Assembly (NCBI GenBank): GCA_039809245.1
Contig: JBDHUP010000001.1
Coordinates: 30,934-94,933 of the forward strand
Length of the DNA stretch: 64,000 bases
Direction: 5' to 3'
From: Minisyncoccia bacterium
GTDB lineage: Bacteria > Patescibacteriota > Minisyncoccia > Phycocordibacterales > UBA9973
The notes beneath the pieces are model-generated. The model searched no databases and was not told where the DNA came from. It saw nothing but the letters and a program-made list of their open reading frames with translations. Position 1 is the first letter of the stretch. Every line of letters begins with the position of its first letter. The position numbers and the translations under genes were made by a program. Positions 38,036 through 46,912 of this stretch are shown here, in pieces.

Positions 38036-38461
38036 TTACTTTATACTATCATAATAATTGTTACCAGTTTTATAAGATTTAATTGCAAGCCCTGTCTGGA
38101 TAAACACAGGGTCAGGTAGGTCATCAAGATTGTACCACTGCCAGCTTTCTAATTTCTCAGGTTCAAGGACTTGTGGTTCACCACTCTCCCATTCTGCAAG
38201 TAGAACTATATTCACATAGTGCTTTGGAGCATAGTGAAAAATATTTCCCACATGCAAGAATTTAATATTCTTTATTTTTATTCCCGCCTCTTCCATCACT
38301 TCTCTTTTAGCACAATCTTCAAATGATTCCATATACTCCAAATGCCCTCCAGGGAATGCATATTCTCCTATTCCATGTGAGACTTTCCTTTGACCCATTA
38401 AGACTTTTCCATCTTTTAGAATCATTACCCCCATTCCAACTTTTGGTCTTTTGTCTTCCAT
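38036..38461 (-). CDS. NUDIX hydrolase
   Basis: 141 aa. Nudix box GGHLEYMESFEDCAKREVMEEAGI. Confidence 0.7.
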   Translation of the reverse strand: MEDKRPKVGMGVMILKDGKVLMGQRKVSHGIGEYAFPGGHLEYMESFEDCAKREVMEEAGIKIKNIKFLHVGNIFHYAPKHYVNIVLLAEWESGEPQVLEPEKLESWQWYNLDDLPDPVFIQTGLAIKSYKTGNNYYDSIK

Positions 38462-38462
38462 A

Positions 38463-38927
38463 TTATGAGCTTAATTCTTTTAAGGCTTCTTCGGCATAGA
38501 ATTTAATATTTGGAACTAAATCCATAGTTTCTAAATCTTCCTTAGTGCACCATTTCAGTTCGACGCCTTTTTCATGATCTAGGACTGAATCTGAGACTTC
38601 ATCTGTATCACAAGTAGCAAAGTAAACAAACACTACATGCTCATGAGTTGGTCCAGTTCTGTGACGACCTAAATACTGAGGAGGCATAAGTATTTGAAAA
38701 TCTTTTTCGCCAAAATTAGGAATTTCTTTCCCGACAAGCTTTACATCAAGGCCTACTTCTTCTTTCACTTCTCGATAAGCAGCTTCTATTGGATCTTCAT
38801 CGAGTTCTATATGTCCACCAACCGAACACCAAATATTGTATTTATCATGCATACGAAGAAGGACTTTATTCTTATGAACAATAAAGACTTCTACTGTAAA
38901 ATCGATTTTCTCGTGTATATGTGGCAT
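38463..38927 (-). CDS. NUDIX hydrolase
   Basis: 154 aa. Nudix box GGHIELDEDPIEAAYREVKEEVGL. Confidence 0.7.
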   Translation of the reverse strand: MPHIHEKIDFTVEVFIVHKNKVLLRMHDKYNIWCSVGGHIELDEDPIEAAYREVKEEVGLDVKLVGKEIPNFGEKDFQILMPPQYLGRHRTGPTHEHVVFVYFATCDTDEVSDSVLDHEKGVELKWCTKEDLETMDLVPNIKFYAEEALKELSS

Positions 38928-38928
38928 A

Positions 38929-39261
38929 TTATAATTCTAAAATTTTTATTCCTCTTTTCATAGCAACAAAGCAGTAGCCCCATAGGAATGGAAACCACAG
39001 TGGCATTATACCTAAAAGAGAATTCCTAATAAAAGTCTCCACCCCAGTACTTACAAATATAAATTCAGCGATAATCATCACAAAGAATCCAAAGAAGAAT
39101 ACCATTACCTCCTTCTTCTCTCTTTTAATTATGAAAGAAATTATAATCATCACAGCATATACAGCAGTCAGGATATAGTCATCATTAATCCTAGTAATAA
39201 GCCACATCATTACTAATATAGGAATTGCATTTATTAATATTTGTATGGCTTTACTTTTCAT
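38929..39261 (-). CDS. Small membrane protein, 3 TM helices
   Basis: 110 aa, hydrophobic. Start codon abuts the Nudix stop. Confidence 0.35.
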   Translation of the reverse strand: MKSKAIQILINAIPILVMMWLITRINDDYILTAVYAVMIIISFIIKREKKEVMVFFFGFFVMIIAEFIFVSTGVETFIRNSLLGIMPLWFPFLWGYCFVAMKRGIKILEL

Positions 39262-40521
39262 TTATACAAAACTCTTAGGGATAGGGTGCTTATGAGCGAG
39301 AGCTTTGACTTTCGCGCGGATTTCGACTTTCTTCTCGGCATTATCTTTATTCTTTAGTGTCTCTATTAATAGCTTTGCGACTTCGGCGCAATCTTCTTCT
39401 TTAAATCCTCTTGTTGTTATCGCTGGTGTACCAAAGCGAATTCCAGATGGATCAAGTGGCTTGCGAGTGTCTCCAGCTATTGAGTTCATATTGAGCGTTA
39501 TACCTACTTCATCAAGCACTGTCTGTGCCTCTTTACCGGTGACTCCAAGTGAACCGAAAACATCAGCAAGGATGAGGTGGTTATCTGTTCCCCCACCGAT
39601 CATTCGAACTCCTTCATCTTTGAGAACTTTCTCCATTGCTTTCGCATTCTTCAAGACTTGTTCAGCATAAACTTTGAACTCTGGACGGAGAGCTTCACCG
39701 AAGGCAATCGCTTTGGCAGCTATCGTATGCATATGTGGGCCTCCTTGAATTCCAGGAAAAATAGATTTATCAATCTTCTTCGCGATCTCTTCACTCTCAC
39801 GAGTTAGTATCATACCACCGCGTGGACCACGAAGAGTCTTGTGGGTTGTGGTTGTAATAATATCAAATCCGAAATCAAATGGGTTCGGAAGTGCTTTTGC
39901 AGCGATAAGTCCTGCGATGTGCGCCATGTCAGCCATTGTTATCGCTCCGACTTCTTTCGCAATATCTACAAACTTCTTATAATCGAGACTTCTCGGATAC
40001 GCAGAGAATCCTGCAAGAATAATCTTCGGCTTCTTCTCGATAGCTACTTGGCGAAGGGCATCGTAATCTATCTCGCCAGTTTCTGGGTCTTTCATTTTGT
40101 AAGTGACAAAGTTATAAATCTTCGCTGGGAGAGTCATCGGGTGCCCGTGAGTAAGATGCCCGCCATGAGAGAGGTCCATCCCGAGGACTGTATCACCTGG
40201 TTCAAGTAAAGCTGCATAGACAGCCAAGTTTGCAGGTGCACCAGAGTGAGGCTGAACATTAGCAAATTTACAATTGAAAAGTTCGCAAGCCCGTGCAATA
40301 GCTAAGCGCTCCACTTGGTCGGTAAAATCTTGCCCACCATAGTAACGGCGACCAGGGTAACCTTCAGAATACTTATTTGTAAAAACTGAGCCATTGGCTT
40401 CACGAACCGCCATAGACACGTAATTCTCAGATGGTATAAGTTCAAGGCCATCTTCCTCTCTTAATGTTTCCCCTTCTATTGCTTGCTGTATTTCTTTGTC
40501 TTGTTTTTCAATGTAATTCAT
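39262..40521 (-). CDS. glyA: Serine hydroxymethyltransferase
   Basis: 419 aa. SENYVSMAVREANGSVFTNKYSEGYPGRRYYGG. PLP-lysine region TTTTHKTLRGPRGG. Confidence 0.9.
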   Translation of the reverse strand: MNYIEKQDKEIQQAIEGETLREEDGLELIPSENYVSMAVREANGSVFTNKYSEGYPGRRYYGGQDFTDQVERLAIARACELFNCKFANVQPHSGAPANLAVYAALLEPGDTVLGMDLSHGGHLTHGHPMTLPAKIYNFVTYKMKDPETGEIDYDALRQVAIEKKPKIILAGFSAYPRSLDYKKFVDIAKEVGAITMADMAHIAGLIAAKALPNPFDFGFDIITTTTHKTLRGPRGGMILTRESEEIAKKIDKSIFPGIQGGPHMHTIAAKAIAFGEALRPEFKVYAEQVLKNAKAMEKVLKDEGVRMIGGGTDNHLILADVFGSLGVTGKEAQTVLDEVGITLNMNSIAGDTRKPLDPSGIRFGTPAITTRGFKEEDCAEVAKLLIETLKNKDNAEKKVEIRAKVKALAHKHPIPKSFV

Positions 40522-40572
40522 ATCCTGATTTTAGCATGTTGAAGAAGAAAAGAAAAAAGGTATAATGAGCCT

Positions 40573-41514
40573 ATGAAAGAAGAGCATGTAGACCTAATAT
40601 ATCTAGACCTTTTAGAGCGAATAAAGCGCGAAGGAGTAAAGAAGACAGATAGAACTGGTACTGGCACATTATCGCTTCTAGGTCATCAGATGCGTTTTGA
40701 TTTATCAAAAGGATTCCCTCTCTTAACTACTAAAAAAGTTCCTATAAAAGCTATTATCCATGAACTACTGTGGTTCATGCGCGGAGATACAAATCTTAAA
40801 TATTTAGCCGAGAATAATGTTCACATTTGGGACGAATGGCCATATAAAGCATATTTAATAAAAAATAAAATAGAAGTTCCTAAAACTGGAAGCGATGAAT
40901 GGAATACTGGTATAAAAGAATTTGTAGAAAAAATAAAGACTGATGAATCTTTTGCAAAAGAGTACGGAAATCTTGGACCTATCTATGGATACCAGTGGCG
41001 TAATTGGCCAACTCCAAACGGAGAGCACATTGATCAATTAAAAAATGTTATTGAACAAATAAAGAAATCTCCCGATTCAAGAAGGTTAATAGTATCTGCA
41101 TGGAATGTAGCTGATATAGACGAAATGGCAAAGGCTGGACTTCCCCCATGTCACTGCCTTTTTCAATTCTATGTTGCAAATGGAAAACTTTCATGCCAGC
41201 TTTATCAGCGCAGTTGTGACACATTCCTAGGAGTACCATTCAACATTGCATCGTACGCACTTCTTACTATGATTATCGCTCAAGTTACCGGACTTGAAGC
41301 CGGAGAGTTCGTCTGGACTGGTGGTGACACTCACTTATATTTAAACCATTTAGAGCAAGCTGATCTCCAGCTCTCAAGAAAGAATGATATCCGCCCGATG
41401 CCAACTATAAAAATAAACCCTGATAAAAAAAATGTGGAAGATTTCACTATCGATGATTTCGAATTAGTCGACTATAACCCTCACGATGCTATTAAAGCAC
41501 CTATAGCTGTATAA
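40573..41514 (+). CDS. thyA: Thymidylate synthase (ThyA type) with lineage-specific insertions
   Basis: 313 aa. RTGTGTLS. Active site [19 protein letters not shown]. Confidence 0.9.
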   Translation: MKEEHVDLIYLDLLERIKREGVKKTDRTGTGTLSLLGHQMRFDLSKGFPLLTTKKVPIKAIIHELLWFMRGDTNLKYLAENNVHIWDEWPYKAYLIKNKIEVPKTGSDEWNTGIKEFVEKIKTDESFAKEYGNLGPIYGYQWRNWPTPNGEHIDQLKNVIEQIKKSPDSRRLIVSAWNVADIDEMAKAGLPPCHCLFQFYVANGKLSCQLYQRSCDTFLGVPFNIASYALLTMIIAQVTGLEAGEFVWTGGDTHLYLNHLEQADLQLSRKNDIRPMPTIKINPDKKNVEDFTIDDFELVDYNPHDAIKAPIAV

Positions 41515-41516
41515 AT

Positions 41517-42026
41517 ATGATAATCTCTCTCATCGCTGCGGTTGCCAAAAATGGAGTCATAGGTGGAGGTAATACTCTGCTTTGGGACATACCAGAAGAT
41601 ATGAAGCACTTCCGTGATAAGACCCGAGGGCATACAGTTATAATGGGGCGTAAAACATATGAGAGTATTGGTAACCCATTACCAAATAGGAAGAACATAA
41701 TTATCACTCGTGACCTAAACTATATACAGCCTGGGATAGAGATTGTTAATTCATTCAATGAAGCTCTACGTCTAGCAAGCCTTGAACAAGGAAAAGGGTT
41801 CGAGGAGAATCAGGATGAAGTAGAGATATTTGTTATTGGTGGTGGAGAAATATACAAACAAGCAATAGAGAAAGCAAATAAATTATACATCACAGAAATA
41901 CATAAAGATTTCGAAGGCGACACACTATTCCCTACTATAGATAAAGAAATCTGGAAAGAAACTGATCGAGAAGATTACACCAATGAACCTATCCCATTTT
42001 CTTTTGTAGAATATAGAAAGAAATAA
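41517..42026 (+). CDS. folA: Dihydrofolate reductase
   Basis: 169 aa. MIISLIAAVAKNGVIGGGNTLLWDIPEDMKHFRDKTRGHTVIMGRKTYESIG. VIGGGEIY. Confidence 0.85.
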   Translation: MIISLIAAVAKNGVIGGGNTLLWDIPEDMKHFRDKTRGHTVIMGRKTYESIGNPLPNRKNIIITRDLNYIQPGIEIVNSFNEALRLASLEQGKGFEENQDEVEIFVIGGGEIYKQAIEKANKLYITEIHKDFEGDTLFPTIDKEIWKETDREDYTNEPIPFSFVEYRKK

Positions 42027-42092
42027 AAAAAACCCATAGCGATCAAATCGCTACAGATTTTAAAGGGTTGAGTATTTTGATTAGTTTCCCCA

Positions 42093-42377
42093 TTAGTTTT
42101 CCCAGAGGATATCACCGTTTATTCCTTTGATAATATCTATATGCTCGGGGTTAATCCTAAACACTTCTTCTTTGTTTATTAAAATAACTACCCCGCCAGA
42201 TACATGGGCATACTCCAGTTTTACATCCTTATCCTCTGTAAAAATACGGAGTATATTGCCTTCTGTTTTTTGAATATACAAATTGCTGGGTAAATTAGCA
42301 AAAGCTTTTAGCGCTTCTGAATTTTCAAAGAAGATAACAAAGAAGTTGCCTTCAAAGTGCATTGATGTCTTTTTCAT
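42093..42377 (-). CDS. Hypothetical protein
   Basis: 94 aa, no motif. Confidence 0.3.
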   Translation of the reverse strand: MKKTSMHFEGNFFVIFFENSEALKAFANLPSNLYIQKTEGNILRIFTEDKDVKLEYAHVSGGVVILINKEEVFRINPEHIDIIKGINGDILWEN

Positions 42378-42469
42378 GACTGACTTTTTAATTTTTAGAT
42401 AATATTGTTTCTATAACACTCTACATCTTTCTAAAAATAAGTCAATAAAATTGATTATCGTAGTTTTTA

Positions 42470-42796
42470 CTATGGATCAATATCTGTTTTAACTCTAATG
42501 AAAACATCGGTGCCATCTGGGGCTTTAGTCTTTGTGTATTTTCTATTTTTATTAATTTCAATTTTTCGAACTAATTCACTTTCTAAATCATAGCCAAGTT
42601 GCTCAGACATCCCAAGCAAAAAGATAGCGACATCAGCAAACTCTTCAGCAACACCATCTTGTTTTTTATTCCACTTGGAAAATGCCTCTGAAAGTTCTTC
42701 ATGGGCTCGACAAAACTCATTAGCCATTTCCATACTAAATCCTTTCTCTATCTTATTTCGCATCACCTCTTTTTGTAATTCTTTTAGGTCTACCAT
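42470..42796 (-). CDS. MazG-like nucleotide pyrophosphohydrolase (small all-alpha NTP-PPase)
   Basis: 108 aa. EELSEAFSKW...AEEFADVAIFLLGMSEQLGYDLESELVRKIEINKNR fits the MazG EExxE/D...EE.aDv consensus. Confidence 0.6.
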   Translation of the reverse strand: MVDLKELQKEVMRNKIEKGFSMEMANEFCRAHEELSEAFSKWNKKQDGVAEEFADVAIFLLGMSEQLGYDLESELVRKIEINKNRKYTKTKAPDGTDVFIRVKTDIDP

Positions 42797-42799
42797 ATA

Positions 42800-43300
42800 T
42801 TATTGGTCTTTATAAGATTCAACTTCATTATTAATAATAACTAGTTCAATACCAGCTTCTTTAAAAATTTCTTTTGATCTTTTTGTTGCATGATAATCTT
42901 TCAATGCAACAATCCTAATAATCCCTGCATTAATTACCATCTTAGCGCATATGTAACAAGGAACCATCTTACAGTAGAGAGTCGCTCCTTCTGTGGCAAC
43001 TCCGACTCTTGCAGCATTAGCTATCGCATTCTGCTCAGCATGAGCAGTACGAATACAATGCCTTGAAACTGTGCCATCTTCCTGTGTAACAGTATGCATT
43101 TCATGACCAACATCGTCACAATGTGGAAGCCCTACAGGTGAACCAGCGTGACCAGTAGAAATTATTCTTTTGTTTTTAGTGATAACTGCTCCTGCATAAC
43201 CCCTGTCGCAAGTACCACGAGTTCCAACCATATCAGCCATTTGGATAAAGTATTCATCCCATGATGGCCTCTTGTGTGAAGTTGTCTCTTTGTCTGACAT
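42800..43300 (-). CDS. dCMP deaminase (cytidine/deoxycytidylate deaminase zinc-binding family)
   Basis: 166 aa. HAEQNAIANAAR (H-A-E) and PCYICAKMV (PCxxC) are the zinc ligands. 1-nt to 3-nt spacing to the MazG gene. Confidence 0.8.
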   Translation of the reverse strand: MSDKETTSHKRPSWDEYFIQMADMVGTRGTCDRGYAGAVITKNKRIISTGHAGSPVGLPHCDDVGHEMHTVTQEDGTVSRHCIRTAHAEQNAIANAARVGVATEGATLYCKMVPCYICAKMVINAGIIRIVALKDYHATKRSKEIFKEAGIELVIINNEVESYKDQ

Positions 43301-43335
43301 AAAGCCATTATATGCCCTCTGATTAAATTAGCAAA

Positions 43336-44652
43336 CTATAACCCTTCTGGAGCTGCCTCTAGTCTTAGAGTCACAAACTTCTCTACTCCTTTAGATAAGA
43401 CTTTCATAGTTATATAGTCGCCTACTTTTTTATATCGAATTAATGAAGTAAAGTCTTGATCAGAATCAATCTTTGTACCATCTATGGTTAGAATAATATC
43501 ATTTTCAACAATTCCAGCTTTATCTGCTGGTGACCCTGGCATAACTGCAATCTCTGAAGAATTCTGTCCACGTTGAACTAATATTCCATAATCAACAGAA
43601 AGATTATTCTTCTCTTTTAAGTCTGCTGTTACAGGAATGTAACGTATACCTATATATGGGCGAACGATCTTACCAGTTTTCTTTACTGAATCAATAGCAC
43701 TCTTAACGCTGTTTATAGGTAGAGCAAATCCAACATTTGAAGAACCTTGAACTACTGCCACATTTATACCAACAACCTCACCTTTTAAGTTTAGTAGCGG
43801 TCCACCTGAGTTACCTGGATTAATAGCTGCATCGGTTTGAATAACTTTATCCAAACGCTCTGAGGAACCGAAGTTATCCCCCGCCACAATCGAACGAGAG
43901 AGTCCTGATACAACTCCAACTGAAACGGTATTCTTGAATTCTCCAAGCGCATTACCTATAGCAATAACACTCTGTCCGACATCAAGCGCATCAGAATCAG
44001 CAAGAGAAAGATAAGGTAAACCAGAACCACTAATCTTAACTAGAGCAACATCGAGCACTGCATCACGAGCAAGGACTGTGGCGTTATATTTTTTACCACT
44101 ATTAAGCTGGACCTCGTATATCGCATCTTTGTCAGAAACTACGTGTCTATTTGTAACTATCAATCCGTCTGAAGATATTAAGAAGCCAGAACCACTTCCA
44201 ATCTCTTTCTTTTCTGTACCATTTTGTTTATAGATTGGTGTCTGGAAAAATCCTGGGAACATTCCACCAAATGGATCACTATTCTGATCGTAAGATACAT
44301 CGTACTTAGGAACTTCTTTACTTACAATAATAGATACTACAGCAGGCTTAGCTGTCTTCACTGCATCGACAACTGTGTATTGTTTTTCAGCTATAGGTGT
44401 CTGTGTTGCATCCCCAGATTTACCTAGAGAATCTGAAGGTAGAGAGAAGATTGAAGAACCCGCGATATTTTCTTGTGATTTAGAATAATTACTTGCAAGA
44501 ACTTTAAAAATTGCTAAGCGATAGTGCCATAGAGCAAATGTTATAACCCCCAGAGTTATAACAACGGTAGCGAGACTAATTAGAATAGTTCGCACTACAG
44601 AATCTTTAAACATTGCTTTTATTTTTTTTATATTTAAGTTTGAATTTTCCAT
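43336..44652 (-). CDS. HtrA/DegP-family serine protease with C-terminal PDZ domain, membrane-anchored
   Basis: 438 aa. N-terminal TM. Catalytic triad context TNRHVV (His), D..LD, GNSGGPLLN (Ser). PDZ at the C-terminus. Confidence 0.8.
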   Translation of the reverse strand: MENSNLNIKKIKAMFKDSVVRTILISLATVVITLGVITFALWHYRLAIFKVLASNYSKSQENIAGSSIFSLPSDSLGKSGDATQTPIAEKQYTVVDAVKTAKPAVVSIIVSKEVPKYDVSYDQNSDPFGGMFPGFFQTPIYKQNGTEKKEIGSGSGFLISSDGLIVTNRHVVSDKDAIYEVQLNSGKKYNATVLARDAVLDVALVKISGSGLPYLSLADSDALDVGQSVIAIGNALGEFKNTVSVGVVSGLSRSIVAGDNFGSSERLDKVIQTDAAINPGNSGGPLLNLKGEVVGINVAVVQGSSNVGFALPINSVKSAIDSVKKTGKIVRPYIGIRYIPVTADLKEKNNLSVDYGILVQRGQNSSEIAVMPGSPADKAGIVENDIILTIDGTKIDSDQDFTSLIRYKKVGDYITMKVLSKGVEKFVTLRLEAAPEGL

Positions 44653-44721
44653 AAAATCTAAATAAAAACTACTTATAACATTAATAATTTTAGACCAATA
44701 AATAATGATGTCAATAACATA

Positions 44722-45348
44722 TTATCTAAGGACAAAGAAACCAAGAATCATAGCTGTAAAATTAAGGACTGTGTGCGCCAATGATATCATTATCAGATTT
44801 GGATATTTATAATATATCCATGCAAAGCCAACACCAGCCACAAAAGTCAGAGGCATAACCACGAAAGCATTTAGATATATGATATGTATAAGAGCGAAAA
44901 CCGAAGCATTTAAGATAATAATGAATGGTACACTTTTGAAAGCTCTCCGAAGCATATGCATAAGAACTCCACGGAAAATAATCTCTTGTAAAACACTTAT
45001 CGGGATAAATAACAACAGGAACCGTGCATTTTCCCACCACTCATAATATCTCTTCTCTTCAATAGCCGGAATTTTTTCTGACATAAATATGAGCACACCT
45101 ACCCCAACTACTGTGAATAAAAGGTAAGGAACTAAGTCTTTAAGGAAATTCTTCTTTATAGCTAAATCTTCATATGTCCAATGTGCTCGCTTTACTATAC
45201 CGTAAAGTAATAATGCTACACCAAAAAGTAAAACTATTCTAAACTGTCCTGGAACAACATTATAGTATATAAGTAATGTAGGCATTACATATAGATACAG
45301 TATTTGAGCTAAAACTAATTCCTTTTCTTTTATATTAGATTTCTCCAT
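44722..45348 (-). CDS. CPBP-family (CAAX/Abi) intramembrane metalloprotease
   Basis: 208 aa. EEIIFRG (EExxxR motif 1). FALIHIIY (motif 3). Polytopic. Confidence 0.65.
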   Translation of the reverse strand: MEKSNIKEKELVLAQILYLYVMPTLLIYYNVVPGQFRIVLLFGVALLLYGIVKRAHWTYEDLAIKKNFLKDLVPYLLFTVVGVGVLIFMSEKIPAIEEKRYYEWWENARFLLLFIPISVLQEIIFRGVLMHMLRRAFKSVPFIIILNASVFALIHIIYLNAFVVMPLTFVAGVGFAWIYYKYPNLIMISLAHTVLNFTAMILGFFVLR

Positions 45349-45363
45349 ACAAAACCCATTGTA

Positions 45364-45867
45364 CTACAAGGCATCATCTGAAAATAGGTCTGGGGGTGGC
45401 AGGGGTAGTATCCTTATGAGTTTTGCTTCTATTTGCCCTTGATCGTTTGGTGAACCAATGACAACTACAGATGAGTCAACTTTCAGATCGTCCTTCGTAC
45501 CTTCCTCTCGCATCTGACGAACTTGAGTATCATCTGTAACTAGAATAACTTTTTCTATATTATTTCTATCTTCAACAATTAAAGTTGGGAATTCAACTTT
45601 AATAATCTTACCGATTGAACCATGTGAGTTTGGTGAATTCTCAGGAAAGTTATCCATCATCCGCATACCCCCATTATAAACTGGGCCGAAATTGCGAGAA
45701 AAGTTATCATCCCAATCATTCCTAAATGAACCCTTGTGGAAACCTACAAACATTCCAGCTTGGAAAATTGAAAAGGCAATAAATAAAACTCCAAGCGTAT
45801 ATATAATACTCTTGAACATTTTAGGTTCTGATAATTTTTCTATTTGTTTTTTTATTTTATTAATCAT
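45364..45867 (-). CDS. Hypothetical membrane-anchored protein
   Basis: 167 aa. One N-terminal TM. Periplasm-side domain without a motif. Confidence 0.35.
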   Translation of the reverse strand: MINKIKKQIEKLSEPKMFKSIIYTLGVLFIAFSIFQAGMFVGFHKGSFRNDWDDNFSRNFGPVYNGGMRMMDNFPENSPNSHGSIGKIIKVEFPTLIVEDRNNIEKVILVTDDTQVRQMREEGTKDDLKVDSSVVVIGSPNDQGQIEAKLIRILPLPPPDLFSDDAL

Positions 45868-45879
45868 ATTAATTTTAGA

Positions 45880-46284
45880 TTACGCTATTAAAAATGAACC
45901 CTTATACTTACGCAATATTATCTTCCTTATTGAGAAAAGTAACACAAACACTAGTAATAGTGAAAGGGTTATATTTGTTACAGGTAGAGACTCAGTTACA
46001 GAAAGCATAAATTCCTTCCAATAGGTACCTATATATTTTCCATCAGATGCTAGTAGCGACATATATTCATAAAATCCTGTTTGAGGAAGTTTAACTATCA
46101 AATCTCTCACTATAAAAATAAAACCAGTCAGAGAAAGAATACTTGAACTTAAATAGACCCAAGACATGATCTTGATCAACCTCTCATTCTTCTTAGAAAT
46201 AGTACGCCAAATATCCTCAGAGAGCTTCATCTCAGAGTGATAACTCGCTTCTTTAAATAGATCCTTAATACTACTACCTTTCAT
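45880..46284 (-). CDS. Putative anti-sigma factor: small single-pass membrane protein downstream of the ECF sigma
   Basis: 134 aa. Cytoplasmic N-terminus, central TM helix. Location is directly after the ECF sigma gene. No sequence motif, so the call is positional. Confidence 0.3.
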   Translation of the reverse strand: MKGSSIKDLFKEASYHSEMKLSEDIWRTISKKNERLIKIMSWVYLSSSILSLTGFIFIVRDLIVKLPQTGFYEYMSLLASDGKYIGTYWKEFMLSVTESLPVTNITLSLLLVFVLLFSIRKIILRKYKGSFLIA

Positions 46285-46320
46285 ATGATATATATACGTT
46301 AAATCAATAATATTGGTGCA

Positions 46321-46872
46321 CTACGACTCTATGAGAGTACGTAGCTTCTCTAGCGCTCGACGGTGTTGGCTTTTGACTGTATTTAGTGGTTTGCCCAGAA
46401 CCTCTCCTATTTCCTTGAATGTCATATCTTCTTGGTAGTACAAAACTAATACTGACTGATAAGGCATCGGTAACTTAGACAATAAATCATTTAAGTAATT
46501 TTTATCTTCAAGTTTTTCTAACTGTTCATCTGGTAAGCTAACTTCATCTTCAACTGTATCCTCAAAAATATCTTCCTCATTATCTAGATCAGAGAAGACA
46601 ATTGATTTCTTTTTCCTCAGATAGTCAGTAGTTGTATTGCGGGCAATCGTGAAAATCCAAGTCTTGAAGTGAGCTTTTGAAATATCAAACTTTTTTAGAT
46701 TCCTCCAGACTTTTATAAATACATCCTGAGTCACATCTGGAGCACTATTTGGCCCAACGAAGCGAACCACGAAATTATAAATCTGTGGGGTGTATCTATC
46801 GATTAGAGTCTTTAAATCTTCATGATTTCCGTTTAAATACCCTAAAATTAAGTCTTCATCGCGCTCATCCAT
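46321..46872 (-). CDS. ECF-subfamily RNA polymerase sigma-70 factor
   Basis: 183 aa. Region 2 DVTQDVFIKVWRNLKKFD. Region 4 LPMPYQSVLVLYYQEDMTFKEIGEVLGKPLNTVKSQHRRALEKLR. Confidence 0.8.
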   Translation of the reverse strand: MDERDEDLILGYLNGNHEDLKTLIDRYTPQIYNFVVRFVGPNSAPDVTQDVFIKVWRNLKKFDISKAHFKTWIFTIARNTTTDYLRKKKSIVFSDLDNEEDIFEDTVEDEVSLPDEQLEKLEDKNYLNDLLSKLPMPYQSVLVLYYQEDMTFKEIGEVLGKPLNTVKSQHRRALEKLRTLIES

Positions 46873-46912
46873 CTACCTACTATACTAGAAAATCAAAATT
46901 TTATGGAATATA

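Noticed and set aside
39305-40209. Plus-strand ORFs 39305..39670, 39577..39807 and 39841..40209
   Set aside because: Antisense within glyA (SHMT), which is unambiguous. Shadow ORFs in a relatively GC-richer gene.
42027-42062. Hairpin AGCGAT-CAAA-TCGCT after folA as a terminator
   Set aside because: Only a 6-bp stem with a weak T-tail. Plausible but too weak to list as a feature.
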